From an uncultured Bacilli bacterium (lineage in GTDB: Bacteria; Bacillota_I; Bacilli_A; RFN20; CAG-449), in contig CANQAG010000006.1 in NCBI GenBank assembly GCA_947588815.1, positions 24,830-88,829 of the forward strand: a stretch of 64,000 nucleotides of DNA, written 5' to 3'. Shown piece after piece: positions 60,897 to 64,000 of the stretch. Each line of letters opens with the position of its first letter. The stretch's first letter is position 1. The translations under genes and the position numbers were made by a program. The notes beneath the pieces are model-generated. The model saw only the letters and a program-made list of their open reading frames with translations. It had not been told where the DNA came from and made no database searches.

Positions 60897-60992
60897 CTAA
60901 AAACCGCAACTTCCAAACCAGCCGCCGCAACCGACAATGACGAGTAGGATGAATAAAACTAAAATAATCGCAAAAGTGTTATTACCATTCAT
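60897..60992 (-). CDS. YjcZ/SscA family sporulation micro-protein (31 aa)
   Basis: MNGNNTFAIILVLFILLVIVGCGGWFGSCGF; SD AAGGAGGT; FA..LVLFILL.I.G signature. Confidence 0.85.
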   Translation of the reverse strand: MNGNNTFAIILVLFILLVIVGCGGWFGSCGF

Positions 60993-61009
60993 TTAAACGC
61001 ACCTCCTTT

Positions 61010-61117
61010 TTAGCCTTGGCACATACAACCAATGATGGCTATTAAGATAAACAAAATGAGTATAAACGCAAAGAAATTAGTCGTCGATGCGGGTTGGTAT
61101 CCCATGCTTTGATTCAT
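61010..61117 (-). CDS. YjcZ/SscA family sporulation micro-protein (35 aa)
   Basis: MNQSMGYQPASTTNFFAFILILFILIAIIGCMCQG; SD AAGGAGGT. Confidence 0.8.
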   Translation of the reverse strand: MNQSMGYQPASTTNFFAFILILFILIAIIGCMCQG

Positions 61118-61141
61118 AGTCGACCTCCTTTGTTTTCACGA

Positions 61142-61168
61142 TATATTATGCAACTTCCAAAAACATGT
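61142..61168 (-). promoter_or_regulatory. sigmaK-like promoter
   Basis: AC-16nt-CATAATATA matches the AC-N16-CATAnnnTA consensus. Confidence 0.6.
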
Positions 61169-61313
61169 TCTCAGTCGTTAAAAAAAAGTATCTTAGATGC
61201 CCAAAAATATTGGTTTTAATTTTTTTTGCATTTGATTTTTTTATATTGAAATGAAAAGTGCCGTATTGTAAAATACTTATGCTATATTTTTATAGAAGGA
61301 GGAAAAAACAACC

Positions 61314-63011
61314 ATGAACAAACGTTTACTGATGTTATCCATGACTGGTTGTCTAACGCTCGGAGCTCTTGTTTCTTGTGATTCTCTCACAGGGAAAAAA
61401 GATGACGCTGGTCGTGATGTAATCGTATCGATTGGTAATAAAAACTACACTGCAGAAGAGTTGTTTGACAACTACAGTGAAACAACAACTGGTGCTGCGG
61501 CGTATTATAACGCAATCTATGACGTTTTGGTTCGCCACGCTGTTCCTGTTACTGCTACAATCGAAAATACTGTAAATACACAAATCGATGATTTTACAAG
61601 ATTAGCCACTGTCGCAGCCAACAACAACGGAACCAGTTATAGAGATGAGCTTTCTAATGCTCTAATCGGTGAAGGTGTCGAAGATCTCGATCAATTGCGC
61701 GAACTTTACATTTTAAAAGAGCAAAAGAAAAAATTCGAAGAAAATTATTATGACAAGATGACCGATACTAAAGTGGTCAAAACCGAAGGTGAAGAGGCCG
61801 AAGCGATTTCGATGTTTGAAAAATTATCGCTCGAATATTTTAGTACCAAAACTCCATATCACATTAAGCACATCCTTGTCAAAGTCAGTGCTGATTCTAG
61901 TTTCTACAATGGAAAAATTTCTAAGGATGACGCTAAAAAAATCGCTCGTGTAATTAAGCTTCTATCGAGTGATTTAGTCACTTTCGGTAATGTTGCCAAA
62001 ACCGAAAGCGATGATAATTCAGGAGACAAGAGTTCCGCTAACAACTTCGGTAGCTTAGGCATCATGGATCGCGATACTTCATTTGTAAGCGAATTTAAAT
62101 ATGCTGTCTATCAATATGATGGTCTCTTCAATAATGCTGTTTCCGCAGAAAAGAAAGCTTTATTGGGAATTCCAGGAGATCAAGATATCTTTGTTTCAAA
62201 CGATGAAACCGAAGGCGACAAATATTTGAAAGTTTCTTCCATTCTTAACAAAGACAACATTAATTACATCCCATATGAAAAAGCGATGGATTTAGAAAAG
62301 TATGCCGAAGTTGAAACCAACGTTAACACTTACGAAAAAATTGAAGATGGTAATGCTGATTACTATCCGCGTAATATCGTTTTTAACAATTGGTTCAACT
62401 ACCATGGTCTTAGTTTCATCGTAAAACCAACTGATCCTCAATATACTGTATCTGATTCCCGTTTCAAAACATTTGAAGGATTAGATAACGAAGTTTTGTG
62501 CGATGAAAATGGTAATCCGATTCTCGTTACTCGTGCCGGAACTCCTGGTGATTCAGGATATGAAGGTATCCATTTTATCGTCATTGAACAATCACCATTA
62601 ACCGCAACCGATGGTGAACTCTTAGATTACTATTCAACCGATATTCCAGCAACCGGAGAAAATGTTGAAGGAAAAAGACGTTTTGTTACTTTCATCGCCT
62701 CTGATAGAACAACTTATCAAGAAGCTGCCGAAAGCATCGAAAATAGTGTCAAAGGTTTTGATTCAAGCATTGAATATCGTATGTTTAAAGAAGAAGTCGA
62801 AAAATCCAATGTCGTAATTAATGAAAAAATCAAAAAATTGATTCTTGATTATAAAGAAGAAGCGATTCTTAATAACAAATATTCTTTAGAACAATCCAAT
62901 TTATCATCTTGGGCCGCTTACCTTAGAAAATTAGTTCTTCAAAAATCAATGAAGAATGCAAAAGTAATCGGTGAAGATAAGATTCAGTTGTTCTACGACA
63001 ATAAGGAGTAA
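61314..63011 (+). CDS. Lipoprotein with parvulin-like PPIase domain (PrsA-like foldase)
   Basis: Lipobox LVSC; YHIKHILVK, FGNVAKTESDD..SSANNFGSLG, FVSEF, YEGIHFI. Confidence 0.7.
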   Translation: MNKRLLMLSMTGCLTLGALVSCDSLTGKKDDAGRDVIVSIGNKNYTAEELFDNYSETTTGAAAYYNAIYDVLVRHAVPVTATIENTVNTQIDDFTRLATVAANNNGTSYRDELSNALIGEGVEDLDQLRELYILKEQKKKFEENYYDKMTDTKVVKTEGEEAEAISMFEKLSLEYFSTKTPYHIKHILVKVSADSSFYNGKISKDDAKKIARVIKLLSSDLVTFGNVAKTESDDNSGDKSSANNFGSLGIMDRDTSFVSEFKYAVYQYDGLFNNAVSAEKKALLGIPGDQDIFVSNDETEGDKYLKVSSILNKDNINYIPYEKAMDLEKYAEVETNVNTYEKIEDGNADYYPRNIVFNNWFNYHGLSFIVKPTDPQYTVSDSRFKTFEGLDNEVLCDENGNPILVTRAGTPGDSGYEGIHFIVIEQSPLTATDGELLDYYSTDIPATGENVEGKRRFVTFIASDRTTYQEAAESIENSVKGFDSSIEYRMFKEEVEKSNVVINEKIKKLILDYKEEAILNNKYSLEQSNLSSWAAYLRKLVLQKSMKNAKVIGEDKIQLFYDNKE

Positions 63012-63018
63012 TGGAATT

Positions 63019-64000
63019 ATGAAAAAGAAAAATATCTTATTCGCGTTAGCCGCTTCCTTATTATTGGTCGGCTGTTCAGCAACTGTCGAAGCCAAACCCG
63101 GAAATGTCGATGATCCGCTTGTTAATTTTTCGGGTGCCTCAGTCGATTATTTCCGTAACGACTATCAAACTATTTACGATCAATTAGTAGATGCCGGAAC
63201 TAGCAATTCTACAATTCTCAATGCTCTTCTTGAAATGATTGCTAAAGATGAAGAAAAAGGAATCTATAGCAATTCATTCACTACTGAGGCTCATATTAAA
63301 GAACTTTGTCAACAAAAGATGATTGATAAAGTCAAATCCGGAAGTTACGATGTCGATGGTTTATTTCAAGAGACAAAATTGATCAACGAATTAAAATCAT
63401 CCTTATATGATATAAAGAAAGTTGGAGAAAAAGAAGCCAATGATAACTACTTACTTCTCCCTTCCGATGAATATGAAACTGTCGAAGAAGAATACAATGC
63501 TATTTTCCATTATGATTATAATGATTATATTGAAAGAAGCATCAAACAAGAAGTATTGATTTCCGAATTGACCGCCAAATATCTTTACGATGAAGATTTT
63601 TCAAACCTTGGAAAATCAAACGCCCGTCGTGTAAAATACATCGCTTTACAAGAAATCGACACTCATAATGGTGAAGCTGCTAGAACTATCAATGCTTTTA
63701 TAAATGATTTTGAAAGCAAAGCTAAAGAAGATGAGAATGCTAAATTCGATTTAAATGCTTTATCAAATATTTGGCGCGGTGTAAATACTAGCGATGAAGA
63801 AAAAGCTTTTATCGAAAATAACAATCTTTATACTTTAGCCGATCAAATTGAAGAAGAAATCGCTAAGATTGTCGAAACTGATGGTGAAGGAAAGCCAGTA
63901 CGCGATGATGATGGCGAATGGAAAATGAAAGATGTTAAAGCTACTGACGATAGTCTTGAAGCAAAATATACCAATAGTTATAGTTACTCTGTTGAATATG
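63019..64000 (+). CDS. Acidic lipoprotein, partial (runs off window end)
   Basis: MKKKNILFALAASLLLVGC lipobox; SD AAGGAG; frame appears open to the window end. Confidence 0.7.
   Translation, partial: MKKKNILFALAASLLLVGCSATVEAKPGNVDDPLVNFSGASVDYFRNDYQTIYDQLVDAGTSNSTILNALLEMIAKDEEKGIYSNSFTTEAHIKELCQQKMIDKVKSGSYDVDGLFQETKLINELKSSLYDIKKVGEKEANDNYLLLPSDEYETVEEEYNAIFHYDYNDYIERSIKQEVLISELTAKYLYDEDFSNLGKSNARRVKYIALQEIDTHNGEAARTINAFINDFESKAKEDENAKFDLNALSNIWRGVNTSDEEKAFIENNNLYTLADQIEEEIAKIVETDGEGKPVRDDDGEWKMKDVKATDDSLEAKYTNSYSYSVEY

Noticed and set aside
826-61583. Many short ORFs antisense to or nested in housekeeping genes (e.g. 5613-5978, 26798-27193, 30126-30500, 48020-48532)
   Set aside because: They are shadows of well-supported genes, with no SD or family motifs.
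1-64000. Mollicute genetic code 4 (TGA=Trp)
   Set aside because: Conserved genes such as spoIVA, mutL and sufB end at TGA at their expected lengths, and peptidoglycan genes are present.

Overview
Low-GC Firmicutes (Bacilli-like) chromosomal window using the standard code (TGA is a stop). Most genes are on the minus strand and keep Bacillus-type synteny: folD-fhs, miaA-mutL-mutS-cotE-ricA-miaB-spoVS-ymdB-rny-recA-cinA-pgsA, rnpB-gpsB, recU-ponA, nth-dnaD-cca-dapB, tRNA-Val, hup-spoIVA-ribU (FMN riboswitch)-rluB-spmB-spmA, copA-csoR-dacB, parB-parA-rsmG-mnmG and sufBUSDC. Several sporulation genes are present with sigmaE/sigmaK-like promoter motifs, including two unannotated YjcZ-type micro-proteins. 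A ~15.3 kb accessory island (30553-45910) is bounded by a perfect 62-bp direct repeat. It carries an ECF sigma/anti-sigma/subtilase module, a holin-like gene coupled to a signal-peptide-less 2175-aa RHS toxin, and an array of orphan toxin-immunity modules. The main finding lies inside that array. An unannotated 3' remnant of a large serine recombinase (DUF4368-like tail) ends 32 nt before the junction TAAATCATTT|GA. This junction occurs twice, and each time it opens exactly at the Glu codon of the RHS core motif ETGLYY. I infer a site-specific, recombinase-driven RHS toxin-tip exchange cassette. All family calls come from motif recognition by eye; no database searches were run.
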